Source of the DNA: a virus
Virus record (IMG/VR): IMGVR_UViG_3300025881_000006
Location: 1 to 64,000 of that record
DNA length: 64,000 bases
Strand: one strand, 5' to 3'
The notes beneath the pieces were generated by a model. It saw only the letters and a list, made by a program, of their open reading frames with translations. It had not been told where the DNA came from and made no database searches. The position numbers and the translations under genes were made by a program. Position 1 is the stretch's first letter. Each line of letters opens with the position of its first letter. This document shows, in pieces, positions 1 through 9,546 of the stretch.

Positions 1-1301
1 ACAAATGCATTTCTTGCACAAACAATACCATATTTGTAGCTATTGATAACCGAGTCGGTCTCGTATAATACTTCTATGTTACCTTCAAACTCACCTAGTG
101 AAACGCCCGGAGTGAAGTCGGCTACTACAATGCCACGTTTTGTATCGTTGGCAAACGAAGGACTCTGTGTAGAGGCGAAAGCCATACGTAACGTATTAGC
201 AACATCATCGTAATACATATCCATATTCATGGCGATGTCATTTGGCTCAAAGTCAAATGCCTCACCTGTGATGGTATTATTAACCACTAAAGGACCGTGG
301 TCTATAAAGGTAGCTTGACGAGTAGCATTATCCCACTGCACCTCACCCACTCTCCATCGCCAAGTATTATCTTCCGTTGTTCTAGTGTAATGTATTACAC
401 CCTTAGCCGTACTACTGATATTAAACCAATAAGACCCAGAGGTAGAGTTAAGCGAGGTGGTGCCTAAATCAACAGTCCCTTCACCATAACTACCGTTTGT
501 ACTTAAATCCACTATAACCATTCTGTGGGTATTGGAGTCGTTCAATATCGCAACGCCACCTTCAAGTGTATCGTAATCGCTGTTAATGGTGCGATTATAG
601 GTAAAGTTGTTAGTTTGATTACTGCCAGTTTCAGTATATTGAAACTTAGCACCTTGAGTATAGTTACTACTTAAATTTGCTTTATGTAGGTAAATATCAT
701 CATTAGTAGTAGTCCAGAAGTAATCGTCGTTAAGAGGGTCGCGTATAGCTAACTGTCTGAAGTAATCCCCAGCGTCAGGGCCAGAAAATAAGTTGATGGA
801 TTGTAATAACCCATCGACATCTAAAGTAAGACCTATGTGAACTAGGCGCGCGACGGCATTTTGTTTGACATTAACAAATGCCACACGACTACCGTCAGGG
901 GTAACGTGTAATAACTTAGCGCCACTATAGAAAAAGTTATTTAACCCATTACTAGTGACATTACTATCCCTTACACTGGCTAATAGTTCACCGTCTGCAC
1001 TATATTGCATGGCCTCAAGATAATGGTAATTTAAGTCGGTATATGGTGAATATCCATACATCACAATAACACTACCGTTAGGTAACGTCGCTACTAAATA
1101 ACCAGGGGTATTATACTTAGTACTAGGATTATCATTTAAATGCATGTGATTTAGGAAGGTATCGTCTTTCAATTCGATAAGTTCTTTACCGTCAGTATAG
1201 GCACGATCGCCCACATTAACCGTAGCTTCACCAGCAATCGGAATGGTTATTACCGGGCGACTACCGCCTTCAGCATCTAATAGTTTACTAAGATTGGCCA
1301 T
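1..1301 (-). CDS. putative receptor-binding/tail-fibre tip protein (partial, runs off window start; absent from ORF track)
   Basis: AAGGAG RBS, ATG at 1301. By manual translation the frame MANLSKLLDAEGGSRPVITIPIAG... stays open to position 1. Beta-rich, Asn/Thr/Tyr-rich, directly downstream of fibre adaptor 1329..1928. Confidence 0.7.
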   Translation of the reverse strand, partial: MANLSKLLDAEGGSRPVITIPIAGEATVNVGDRAYTDGKELIELKDDTFLNHMHLNDNPSTKYNTPGYLVATLPNGSVIVMYGYSPYTDLNYHYLEAMQYSADGELLASVRDSNVTSNGLNNFFYSGAKLLHVTPDGSRVAFVNVKQNAVARLVHIGLTLDVDGLLQSINLFSGPDAGDYFRQLAIRDPLNDDYFWTTTNDDIYLHKANLSSNYTQGAKFQYTETGSNQTNNFTYNRTINSDYDTLEGGVAILNDSNTHRMVIVDLSTNGSYGEGTVDLGTTSLNSTSGSYWFNISSTAKGVIHYTRTTEDNTWRWRVGEVQWDNATRQATFIDHGPLVVNNTITGEAFDFEPNDIAMNMDMYYDDVANTLRMAFASTQSPSFANDTKRGIVVADFTPGVSLGEFEGNIEVLYETDSVINSYKYGIVCARNAF

Positions 1302-1328
1302 TAGCCAGCTCCTTTGAATTGATTAACA

Positions 1329-1928
1329 TTAACTCTGTATTACCATTACTGTCCAAAGGTCAGCAGCAGCTTTGTGAGCAATTATTTTAATAGCGTACTG
1401 GCCCTGTAGAACCATATCTACACTACTACGAGTACCGTCTACTAGCCAATCGGCACCTGATAGTGGTACGGTCACCATTCCAGCTAACCCTGATATTCTA
1501 GTGATTTCTATCTTATCACCGATGTCATAATCGGTATTTGAGATAGTATAAGTTACAGCAGGTAGTCCCCAATACTCCACCTCAGTTAATATACGACTAA
1601 CGTTTAAAGTGGTAGTAGTAGGATTGACATAATACAAAGGACGAGGGTCTACGTTGGGTACATTACCCAGACCTACATCGGCAGCGGTAGTACCATGTGG
1701 GTTACTTTCAATAAAGTGAGCAGTTAAGATAGCATCGTAGTTTTGAGCTATCTTAATTACTTCCTCAGGCGTGTTCTCATCTAACTTAAACAATGAATAC
1801 ATTGCTTTGTCAGCTAAATTAATAGCTATCTCACCTTCACTTAAACCAGTAACCGGTGGTACAGCATCTGCTATATTAGAACGGGGGAATTGGATTGGTC
1901 CTAAGACCACATTTTGAGGCAATGGCAT
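1329..1928 (-). CDS. tail-fibre adaptor protein (T4 gp37-like N-terminal motif)
   Basis: IQFPRS...LSEGEIAINLADK resembles the T4 gp37 N-terminus. Has NPHGTTAADVGLGNV fibre motif and a C-terminal small beta-sandwich. Confidence 0.7.
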   Translation of the reverse strand: MPLPQNVVLGPIQFPRSNIADAVPPVTGLSEGEIAINLADKAMYSLFKLDENTPEEVIKIAQNYDAILTAHFIESNPHGTTAADVGLGNVPNVDPRPLYYVNPTTTTLNVSRILTEVEYWGLPAVTYTISNTDYDIGDKIEITRISGLAGMVTVPLSGADWLVDGTRSSVDMVLQGQYAIKIIAHKAAADLWTVMVIQS

Positions 1929-1939
1929 ACGTACTTACC

Positions 1940-2365
1940 TCATCGAAGGGCTATAGGGATTTCGTAATCCTCAGCAGGTGCCATAATCAAATCTACATCC
2001 GCTTCAGTATACAATCCAAGTGATTCCAATGTGGGACGCATTCGTGGGTCTTGTAAATCAATAAACTCACGTTGTCTCACGTTATCCAACGTTTTATGTA
2101 ACGTGGTATCCGGTGGGTCTGCCTTCAATCCATTTTGTTCCATGATGTAGATACTATCTAACTTATCCCCAATGTCCATCCGGTCAAAGAACGCAGCTTT
2201 GGTAATGATAAACGTATCACCATTATCTTCAGGTAATGAAATGTCAGCTGAATTAAAAACCAACTGCTCACTAGTACCATCACTGTATTCATTCAATATT
2301 TCATCACCGTCAACAGGTTCAACACCTGGATTGGTAAGGTTATCAGTGTTTACTATGGTTCTCAT
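1940..2365 (-). CDS. tail-fibre-associated (chaperone-like) protein
   Basis: ITKAAFFDRM...FIDLQD...LGLYT pattern typical of small acidic proteins following fibre genes. 4-bp overlap with the upstream gene. Confidence 0.5.
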   Translation of the reverse strand: MRTIVNTDNLTNPGVEPVDGDEILNEYSDGTSEQLVFNSADISLPEDNGDTFIITKAAFFDRMDIGDKLDSIYIMEQNGLKADPPDTTLHKTLDNVRQREFIDLQDPRMRPTLESLGLYTEADVDLIMAPAEDYEIPIALR

Positions 2366-2946
2366 AATTCTATCTCCAGGATTTCAGATTCCATTAAATA
2401 ATCCATTGCTAAAGTGTGCCTTGCTCCGCTACTTTTATTTTTATATTCAATTCTTAACTGCGATTGAAACTCAACACAGCCATGAACGAAGTTAAACAAA
2501 TACTCGCGGGACAGTACACCGAAGCCACTTTGATAATAAAACCCTTCCACCTGACCACTACGTTGGGTCCAGAAGCCCCACATTAAATGATTAAACGTGG
2601 TACCTTGAGAGTAGAATGTAATACTCTGATTACCATCTATGGTTATACGTATCTCAAGATTCTTTGACATACCAAACAGATTACACAGATATCCATGGCC
2701 GTTAATCTGTCGATATAGTTGCCAAGACGATTCATTACCAGTAACGGTCTGAGCCCTTTGACGACCATTCCATTCTTTATACGTAGACCCTGCGGTAGGG
2801 AACTGTGAAGGAGAAGAGGGGTTTTGTACACCCCTAACCTTCTTCTGAGGGATGGCCGTATCTAGAGGAACAGTATTAAACTTCTCAGTAACGTCACCAC
2901 AGCATCTAGGGGATAACAATATCCTAGCGTCAAATGGATTTGGCAT
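2362..2946 (-). CDS. putative fibre tip protein
   Basis: AAGGAG RBS. Aromatic-rich beta protein (GHGYLCNLFG, IRITIDG) downstream of adaptor 3015..3545. Confidence 0.5.
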   Translation of the reverse strand: MPNPFDARILLSPRCCGDVTEKFNTVPLDTAIPQKKVRGVQNPSSPSQFPTAGSTYKEWNGRQRAQTVTGNESSWQLYRQINGHGYLCNLFGMSKNLEIRITIDGNQSITFYSQGTTFNHLMWGFWTQRSGQVEGFYYQSGFGVLSREYLFNFVHGCVEFQSQLRIEYKNKSSGARHTLAMDYLMESEILEIEL

Positions 2947-3014
2947 TAGTAAGCTCCTTGGTTAGATTTAAATCGCTCTTAAACCATAACCGTTACCGGT
3001 AAGTAAAAACGACT

Positions 3015-3545
3015 TTAGGTTTCTAAATTAGTCAAATAGACTTTGTTGTTAGCAACGTCAACAATCAATTCAAACTGACCTTTACCTGTTAAGGTAGCTT
3101 CAGTATCAACTGTTTCATGGTCAATAACAAATTCAGTTGCAGGGTCATCGCTGACTACTGTTACCAAACCAGCTGTTACCCACACGTTATCAATTTCAAC
3201 AATGGCATTTTGAGCCATCTTACTAACTTCAATAGTAACCGTTGCTACTGCTGTACCTACACGTTTAACCACGTAGTCGATATAATCACCATCTAATGTT
3301 TGGTCATCGTCAGATAATATCACCAACTTGGTATTGTGAGGGTCACGTTCACTAAAGTGAGCTGCCAATACTGCATCGTAAGACGTACCGATGGTAAACA
3401 TGTTACCTTCAGCATCTTTAGAAAACAATATATGGTCCGTGACGTTTACCGCTATCCCGCCTACTGCAACTAGACTAGCATCTGGCACTGCGCCAGCGTC
3501 TATTGAGTATGGGAATCCTAATGGACCTAGTATGAACTTAGCCAT
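3015..3545 (-). CDS. tail-fibre adaptor protein, paralogue of 1329..1928
   Basis: LGPLGFPYS...AVP...GGIAVNVTD...YDAVLAAHF.E.DPH aligns by eye with LGPIQFPRS...AVP...GEIAINLAD...YDAILTAHF.E.NPH. Confidence 0.7.
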   Translation of the reverse strand: MAKFILGPLGFPYSIDAGAVPDASLVAVGGIAVNVTDHILFSKDAEGNMFTIGTSYDAVLAAHFSERDPHNTKLVILSDDDQTLDGDYIDYVVKRVGTAVATVTIEVSKMAQNAIVEIDNVWVTAGLVTVVSDDPATEFVIDHETVDTEATLTGKGQFELIVDVANNKVYLTNLET

Positions 3546-3579
3546 TATTAGTACACTCCTTCTTTATTAAAACGAACAA

Positions 3580-3616
3580 TAAGACACGACAGACCGTAAA
3601 GTCATGTCGTGTCTTA
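3580..3616 (-). terminator. stem-loop between the major fibre subunit and the adaptor genes
   Basis: taagacacgaca (3580-3591) / tgtcgtgtctta (3605-3616), 12-bp perfect inverted repeat. Confidence 0.65.
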
Positions 3617-3634
3617 GTAGGTATACTAATTAAC

Positions 3635-4624
3635 TTAGAACGTTTGACCGTAGTCTAAGTTAGCAGCTAATCCTACCACTAATGCATTAGCATGATTGAT
3701 AGCCTGTTGCTTAGCATCCGCTACAGCTTTAGAGCTAGCAACGTTTGTTTCAGACTGAGAATCAGTATCGTTAGAGATAGCTGTTTTATCAATCTTAAGC
3801 GCAAGACCAGTATCAGCATATTGCTTAGCAGCGTTAAGAGCATCAAGTACCGCTTTAGAAGACGCAACTTCAGTTTCACTACTTGAATTGATAGCGTTAG
3901 AGATAGACGTTTTGTCTACTTTAAGAGCCAGGCCATCTGTTAACGCAGTGATAGTAGCTTTAGTTGCTAAACTGTTAGTAATTGAAGTAATAGCGTCGCC
4001 GTTATTACTTAATTGAGTAGCAAGTTCAGATAACGTATCCAATGCTTCTGGTGGCGCGCCACCTAAGATGTCAGACTTAACTTGGTCAGCATACGTTTCA
4101 GCATTTGATTGAGCAGTAACTGCACGGTCGTATGCAATCTTAACAGCAGCAGAAGAGGCGTACTGTGCAGAGTTTGCTTCGTTAATCGCATCAGAGATAC
4201 CGAAGTTTTCAACGTTACCTAGACCAACGTCTTCTTTGGTAAGGTTACTAACGTTGTCATTGGCAGAAGTGATGTTTGCTTCAGCAGTCTTAAGACGGTT
4301 ACCTAGTTTAAGTAACGTATCAAGAGCTGCGTCTAGTGCACCACCTTTAAGCGCGTTGTCACCAGCAAGAGCGTATGCGTTAGATGATGCAATGGCAGCA
4401 GCTTTTGCAGTAGCAATGTCAGCAGTGTAATCGCGACCAAGTGTGATAACGGCACCGTTATGGTCAAGGGTGTAAAGCTTACGGTCAACTAAGTTGATTG
4501 CAAGTGCACCTTCGCGCATATCAGCGGCTAGTGGTACTGCACCACCAGTTACCGAGCGGTCGAACTGGATTTGACCTAAGTCAATTGATACATTTTCTTC
4601 AGCAGTTGTAATAGGGATTGGCAT
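3635..4624 (-). CDS. tail-fibre protein (gp37-like N-terminus, fibre repeats, gp36-like C-terminus)
   Basis: QIQFDRS...EGALAINLVDRKLYTLD; TKEDVGLGNVEN; three SxAI/SND...ASSxAV repeats; LDTLxxL motifs; ends LDYGQTF. Confidence 0.8.
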   Translation of the reverse strand: MPIPITTAEENVSIDLGQIQFDRSVTGGAVPLAADMREGALAINLVDRKLYTLDHNGAVITLGRDYTADIATAKAAAIASSNAYALAGDNALKGGALDAALDTLLKLGNRLKTAEANITSANDNVSNLTKEDVGLGNVENFGISDAINEANSAQYASSAAVKIAYDRAVTAQSNAETYADQVKSDILGGAPPEALDTLSELATQLSNNGDAITSITNSLATKATITALTDGLALKVDKTSISNAINSSSETEVASSKAVLDALNAAKQYADTGLALKIDKTAISNDTDSQSETNVASSKAVADAKQQAINHANALVVGLAANLDYGQTF

Positions 4625-4717
4625 GTAATGCTCCTGTTGGATTTAAAAATATAAGACAGCGTTAGAATACCCTATCGGCTAGAGGCCTAAGTTAGTTATT
4701 CCGTTTCACTATGGTGT

Positions 4718-4727
4718 CATATTATTG
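4718..4727 (-). promoter_or_regulatory. candidate late promoter (CAATAATATG)
   Basis: Identical 10-mer also at 8253-8262. Both lie upstream of minus-strand structural genes and end in TATG, the phiKZ late core. Confidence 0.45.
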
Positions 4728-4730
4728 TAC

Positions 4731-5951
4731 TTAAAAAGTTACATCACGGTTTAACGTGATTCGAATGGTCTCTAAGATATCATCAATCTCTTCATCAACG
4801 ATAGCTTCAACCACTTCAGTACCCACTTGTTCTTGAGTGGTTTGATGTGGGTTATCTGCATCGTGTATGTGTGCATCAACAATCTCAGTCAAGTCTAAAG
4901 TGGCTTGTTTGAAAGTGCTAATCTCATCAGCAACGATATTAATCTCCGTATCTGGGGCACGGAAAGTAACATCGGTAAGGATGGGATTGATTTGCCATTC
5001 CCATGGCTCATTGTAGTCGTCTGAGTTCTCAGAAGAGGTGGTCATTCGCGTTACAACGATGTAAGCGTTCTCCCATACCCCATCAGGGTCCGTCAATCGA
5101 ATGTAGAGGTGATTTGTATCGTTACCCCTAGTAATGACATCCATTACGATAGAAACGCCACCTAAACCGGTAGAGGCGTAATGTTGCGTTTCTAGTCCAT
5201 TTTCTTTTTCTTTAGCAGTAACCGTGAATTTACCTGTACCTAACGTAGAGATAATTTCAAAGTCTAATGAGAAAAAAGCATCTTGGTTAATACTACGACC
5301 AAAAATCAATTCAACCGCACCGGTATAAGAACTTAGTAATATATCGGCATCGACTGTTAACAATTTAGTACGTCCAGATATCGTAAGCTTTCTATCGAGT
5401 TGCTCACGTATATCGGCTAACATATCACCGTTGTTAATATCAATTGCTTCTTTAATTCCCACTAGCGCTTCAGTAAGGCCACTAAGCCCCACTAGGTCAT
5501 GTGCGTCGTGCTTGTGGTCTTCAGGTGGAAAGACAACGGGTTTGTTCCGTATGTCATCCCAATGTACGGTAAGGTCAACTTGATCTAAACCTTCAACTAT
5601 CTCTAAGATAGCCGTTGCCTCAGAAGAATATTCCCCACCTACAACTTGGTAATCTAACATTAGAACATCAGCAGTAAGCGTCTCATTAATAATCGCTATA
5701 GCTGTCATTACCTCATGCCCCGTTGCCATAGTAGCAGCTTGGTATAGGTAAACAGGAATGTAATCCTGTCCTAGTATTAGATTTTGACCAGACTGTCTCC
5801 CAACAATTAATCCACTCGTATAGAACGGACCATTTTGAGGAACGATAATACGATTGTTATCTTCACTAAGATCGTGAATTTCATCGATAACAGCATTATT
5901 GGGACTGACAGCACTCGGGTCAAAGGCGTACTTGTGTACCGTCGGTAACAT
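4731..5951 (-). CDS. virion baseplate/fibre-anchor protein (phiKZ-family)
   Basis: N-terminal YAFDP...IIVPQNGPFY...GQDY...YQVVGG domain typical of phiKZ-like tail proteins; FPPEDHKH; NPHQTTQEQVG. Confidence 0.7.
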   Translation of the reverse strand: MLPTVHKYAFDPSAVSPNNAVIDEIHDLSEDNNRIIVPQNGPFYTSGLIVGRQSGQNLILGQDYIPVYLYQAATMATGHEVMTAIAIINETLTADVLMLDYQVVGGEYSSEATAILEIVEGLDQVDLTVHWDDIRNKPVVFPPEDHKHDAHDLVGLSGLTEALVGIKEAIDINNGDMLADIREQLDRKLTISGRTKLLTVDADILLSSYTGAVELIFGRSINQDAFFSLDFEIISTLGTGKFTVTAKEKENGLETQHYASTGLGGVSIVMDVITRGNDTNHLYIRLTDPDGVWENAYIVVTRMTTSSENSDDYNEPWEWQINPILTDVTFRAPDTEINIVADEISTFKQATLDLTEIVDAHIHDADNPHQTTQEQVGTEVVEAIVDEEIDDILETIRITLNRDVTF

Positions 5952-5970
5952 GGTAAACTCCTTATAACTT

Positions 5971-6000
5971 GCATAAAGAGTAGGGGACGAATCCCCTACC
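5971..6000 (-). terminator. hairpin with TTCG loop followed by TTTATGC
   Basis: gtagggga/tcccctac stem. Minus strand reads stem-TTCG-stem then CTTTATGC. Confidence 0.65.
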
Positions 6001-6028
6001 CAAGATACATGAGATGGTCAAGGGTGGA

Positions 6029-7039
6029 TTAACTAGTGGCTATGATAAGCCATTCAATTCCGTCCCACTTAAGAGTTACCCACTGGAAGTCACCGGTAAG
6101 ACTTAACGATGTTTCACCTTCAACAGGGCCAGTTACTGTAATACTGTTATCGCCACCAGAACCGAAACGGTCACGGATTTTGATTTCAGCATTATCAGGT
6201 ACATCCACTGTAGGTAGAGTACGTGTTATAGCAGTAGTACGTGAATCAGCTACCCAGACATCATAAGGAACTAAAGGACCGGTTGGAGTTTTAGTTATTG
6301 CACCTAAGATAGCAAGTGAAGTTTGAGCTGAGTTGATAGTCGCTAATGCTTGAGCGGTAGCAGTACTTGCAGCGTCGCCAACAGCAGCCACACCAGTAGA
6401 ACGTGATAAGGCTAAAGCATTGGTACCGGCAGTCACTGCATCGTTAATTTCAGTCAACTTGTTGTTAACATTACCTTCAATCTCAGTCAAGCTAGCATTT
6501 AGTGCAGCAACAGTATCATCTACTAATGCTCCAGCGTTATCCGCTAATAAATCTTGAGTTGCTTGTAACAAAGCAGCGTCAATGTTATTGGCAGCTTCAA
6601 CAGCGGCCGCTGACTTAACAGTTACATCTTGTTGTGCAGCTAATACTTGACCAGTCTGAGTGGCAATAGTCGCAGCAACTTCATTGATGTTGTTATTTAT
6701 CGCAGTAGCCTGAGCAGTAACATCAGTTACACTTGAGTTCAACTGTTGTACCACATCAGATACTAACGCTTGGCTATTTGCTAATACTAGTGCACTGGCA
6801 GCATCTAATACAGCTTGGTCAATGTTCTCTTCAGATTGCTTAGCATCTGAAGCTGCAAGGATAGCAGTTTCTAACTGTAGAAATACTTCAGCAGTAGATA
6901 ACTGTTTAAGCGCCTGAGCAGCATAAAGCATTTCGTTGGCAGTAGTTCCGTCAGTACTTGACAGTACTTTTAGACGAGAGTATTGACTATCCAATATTTC
7001 ACGGGCCGTCGGGGCGGTGAGATTTACGGGAGTTTCCAT
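6029..7039 (-). CDS. coiled-coil fibre protein with C-terminal T4 gp34-like beta-sandwich
   Basis: Ala/Thr-rich heptad region, then ADSRTTAITRTLP...IKIRDRFG...SITV...VTLKWDGIEW. Confidence 0.65.
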   Translation of the reverse strand: METPVNLTAPTAREILDSQYSRLKVLSSTDGTTANEMLYAAQALKQLSTAEVFLQLETAILAASDAKQSEENIDQAVLDAASALVLANSQALVSDVVQQLNSSVTDVTAQATAINNNINEVAATIATQTGQVLAAQQDVTVKSAAAVEAANNIDAALLQATQDLLADNAGALVDDTVAALNASLTEIEGNVNNKLTEINDAVTAGTNALALSRSTGVAAVGDAASTATAQALATINSAQTSLAILGAITKTPTGPLVPYDVWVADSRTTAITRTLPTVDVPDNAEIKIRDRFGSGGDNSITVTGPVEGETSLSLTGDFQWVTLKWDGIEWLIIATS

Positions 7040-7072
7040 TAAAGGTACCTCAATGAGTTTGATTAATAGACA

Positions 7073-8206
7073 TTAGTTGGTAGTAAATACCGCTTCTTCT
7101 GCCAATGAATTGAAAATAAGTTTGTCGATGACAATCTCTGCGAGTTCTCCTGCACCGCCTGAACGTAATACAGTAATTTCACCTGTCACATCATTCGCTA
7201 CATAAACACCCCATCCTACTGTGTAGTTTTGCGGCACTGATGTATTGATAGTGGTAGATGTGATAACAAAGTGGTTATTAACAAACTCTGTTTCATCACC
7301 AATATAAATGGTGGGGCGATTCTGACTGTCGTATGTGAAGCGTGCTACCGAACTTAACCGATGCCCTTCATAACGACCTTGTGCTTTTAACCAACTACCA
7401 CCCGGAGTCGAGTCAAACCTTGAGGCTACTCTTCCTGAGAATTCGTAATGCGTTGGTTCTTCGGTTGTACTTAACACTGTTACTTTAATAAGCACATCTG
7501 TGTCAATTTGAAATTGAGGAATCAGTATTCCTACCTCACCAACATGGTTAAGTACATTCATGCCTTTTACAGGAGCATGTTTGTGATTACCTATGTTACT
7601 CGCCACTTGGTTAAGTCTATCTTGGAGACCTATAATATCTTCAACCGTGTGTAAATGATTTGCTTGATACTCGCCAGTGATGGCAGCGCGTATATTTTGC
7701 AATTCATTAATAACGTGTGTAAGGTTAGTTAAATCTTCACCAGAGACAACATGCGCACTAGGGGGGAAGGTATCAGGTAAACCGATAACGTCTTCCATAG
7801 AACGTGTGTCTGGGAATGAAAGTAAGGTACCCAAAGCTGCTAACAGCTCTCTACCTTCAATTACATGTGGACCACCCACAACCTGATACGACTCAATCAC
7901 AACAGGGCCAGAGAGTTCTTTGTCTAAGATAGTAACACTACCATAAGGGTCAGAACCAATCATCTCTTCAAAACGAGAATAGCGGTGTGTGAATATATAA
8001 TCCGTACCAAGGACCAATACTCTATTAGTCTCTTCATGAACTAATATAAAACCATCACGATAGAAAGGAGCTTGCTCCGGTACTATCACGTGGTAGTTAT
8101 CATCGTTCAGTGGTGTGAGGGTATGTCGTTCGTCTCGCTTTATATTAGCGGGTGACTGACCCGATGGGTCATATTCGTAGAGATAGCCTTCAACTGACAT
8201 ACTCAC
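7073..8206 (-). CDS. virion baseplate/fibre-anchor protein, paralogue of 4731..5951
   Basis: YEYDPSG...VIVPEQAPFY...LGTDY...YQVVGG; FPPSAH; HLHTVEDIIGLQ. Confidence 0.7.
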   Translation of the reverse strand: MSMSVEGYLYEYDPSGQSPANIKRDERHTLTPLNDDNYHVIVPEQAPFYRDGFILVHEETNRVLVLGTDYIFTHRYSRFEEMIGSDPYGSVTILDKELSGPVVIESYQVVGGPHVIEGRELLAALGTLLSFPDTRSMEDVIGLPDTFPPSAHVVSGEDLTNLTHVINELQNIRAAITGEYQANHLHTVEDIIGLQDRLNQVASNIGNHKHAPVKGMNVLNHVGEVGILIPQFQIDTDVLIKVTVLSTTEEPTHYEFSGRVASRFDSTPGGSWLKAQGRYEGHRLSSVARFTYDSQNRPTIYIGDETEFVNNHFVITSTTINTSVPQNYTVGWGVYVANDVTGEITVLRSGGAGELAEIVIDKLIFNSLAEEAVFTTN

Positions 8207-8252
8207 TCCTTGGACCTGTTGTGTTAATAAGTTAAAATCGTGTAAAGAATTA

Positions 8253-8262
8253 CATATTATTG
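8253..8262 (-). promoter_or_regulatory. candidate late promoter (CAATAATATG)
   Basis: Same 10-mer as 4718-4727, about 47 nt upstream of the fibre operon start. Confidence 0.45.
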
Positions 8263-8313
8263 ATTTTTTAGTGCCTAAACTATGTGAAACGTTACCACTA
8301 ATAAAGGAGCATA

Positions 8314-9546
8314 ATGATGCTTGTTATACAAGATGCCATGGGTAAAAAGAACCGTTCGTGGTCCCAGATTGACATCGATGGGCTGACCATTAGTGCCCTA
8401 TTAGAAATCTACGACAGTGTGGTAGTTTCCGTATTGGATAATACTGCTAATACCCTATCATCTCTTGTCATTAATAACCTACGTCTAGACCCTAGTGCCC
8501 AGTTCGTAGACGTTGCTTCCTTTTTACAATTACCTACAACGAATATTGATACCATGTTAGTACCGCATATCTCATTAGCTCAACGTAATACAGTGTACTC
8601 ACATACGTTATATGCTGAAGGATTATCAGCAGAGGTAGGCGACCATACTATCCATCCAGATAGTGAAAGTATCAATGAGTTTAGTCCAGACTTAATTGTA
8701 CGTGGTACAGACCGTACACCGGGTGTGGTGTACCATACTCATCTTTTCACTGTGAATGGTTTAATTCATCCATCGATGTATACTAATGCAGGTGTTTATA
8801 TCAAGGGTGGTAATTCCCATCTAAGAGTAGCAGATGACAGTGTATTAGGTGCTATTAACTTTAGTAACGTGGGGAACATTACACAGCACCCAGTGGATAG
8901 AACTAATATTCGTGCTTACCAAAATGGGGAGACTGAAGCGAAGTTAGCGTTAAGTGATACGTTATTGATTAACGTTCCTAACCTACAGGCTGAGTCTAAT
9001 ACTATCTTCTTGGTAATCAGTGGGTACCTATTACCATTACAGGGTTTATATTCAGTGATTGGTAATGAGGATATTAAGTTAAGCCTTAGAGACTATCCTT
9101 TACTGGAACGTCTATTAAGTGCAAACGATATCAAACCTAAAGGAACCTTCCTTTCAACTAACGGCACGGTTAGTGTACCTGATTTGTTAGGCGATGAAGG
9201 TATTCGTAAGTTGTTTGATGGTGAGCATACGTTCGTAGTATCCTTAGACGTGCCTGATTTGTGTATTGAATCTGAGTACTTAGAACGAACTGGATTACCG
9301 GGACGTTACCTTATTGCTAAATCACCAGAAGGTATTCTATTTAATAATGATGGTAAGGTATCAGAATTCGAATGGGGTGTATACGGTGAGAAGGTAGAAC
9401 TCTTTAGTCGCACTGAGGAACGTAGACCTTATAGGTTTATAACTGCGGATGAACAGCAGCTCATTATAAATGACGATAGGGATATTAACGCACCTACCGT
9501 TATCGACGATGGTAAGTTTGTCACCTACTACACGCTAGACGCATAA
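8314..9546 (+). CDS. virion structural protein (phiKZ gp162/163-like)
   Basis: LFTVNGLIH and LVISGYL motifs; convergent with the spike gene as in phiKZ-like phages; AAGGAG RBS. Confidence 0.6.
   Translation: MMLVIQDAMGKKNRSWSQIDIDGLTISALLEIYDSVVVSVLDNTANTLSSLVINNLRLDPSAQFVDVASFLQLPTTNIDTMLVPHISLAQRNTVYSHTLYAEGLSAEVGDHTIHPDSESINEFSPDLIVRGTDRTPGVVYHTHLFTVNGLIHPSMYTNAGVYIKGGNSHLRVADDSVLGAINFSNVGNITQHPVDRTNIRAYQNGETEAKLALSDTLLINVPNLQAESNTIFLVISGYLLPLQGLYSVIGNEDIKLSLRDYPLLERLLSANDIKPKGTFLSTNGTVSVPDLLGDEGIRKLFDGEHTFVVSLDVPDLCIESEYLERTGLPGRYLIAKSPEGILFNNDGKVSEFEWGVYGEKVELFSRTEERRPYRFITADEQQLIINDDRDINAPTVIDDGKFVTYYTLDA

Noticed and set aside
2947-3014. Short frame SFLLTGNGYGLRAI after the adaptor stop, possible frameshift extension
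   Set aside because: Only about 14 codons, no clear slippery site, compatible with chance.
1-8206. Diversity-generating retroelement or invertible tail-fibre shufflon
   Set aside because: No reverse transcriptase, invertase, near-identical TR/VR pair or inverted cassettes in the window; the paralogues are similar only at protein level.
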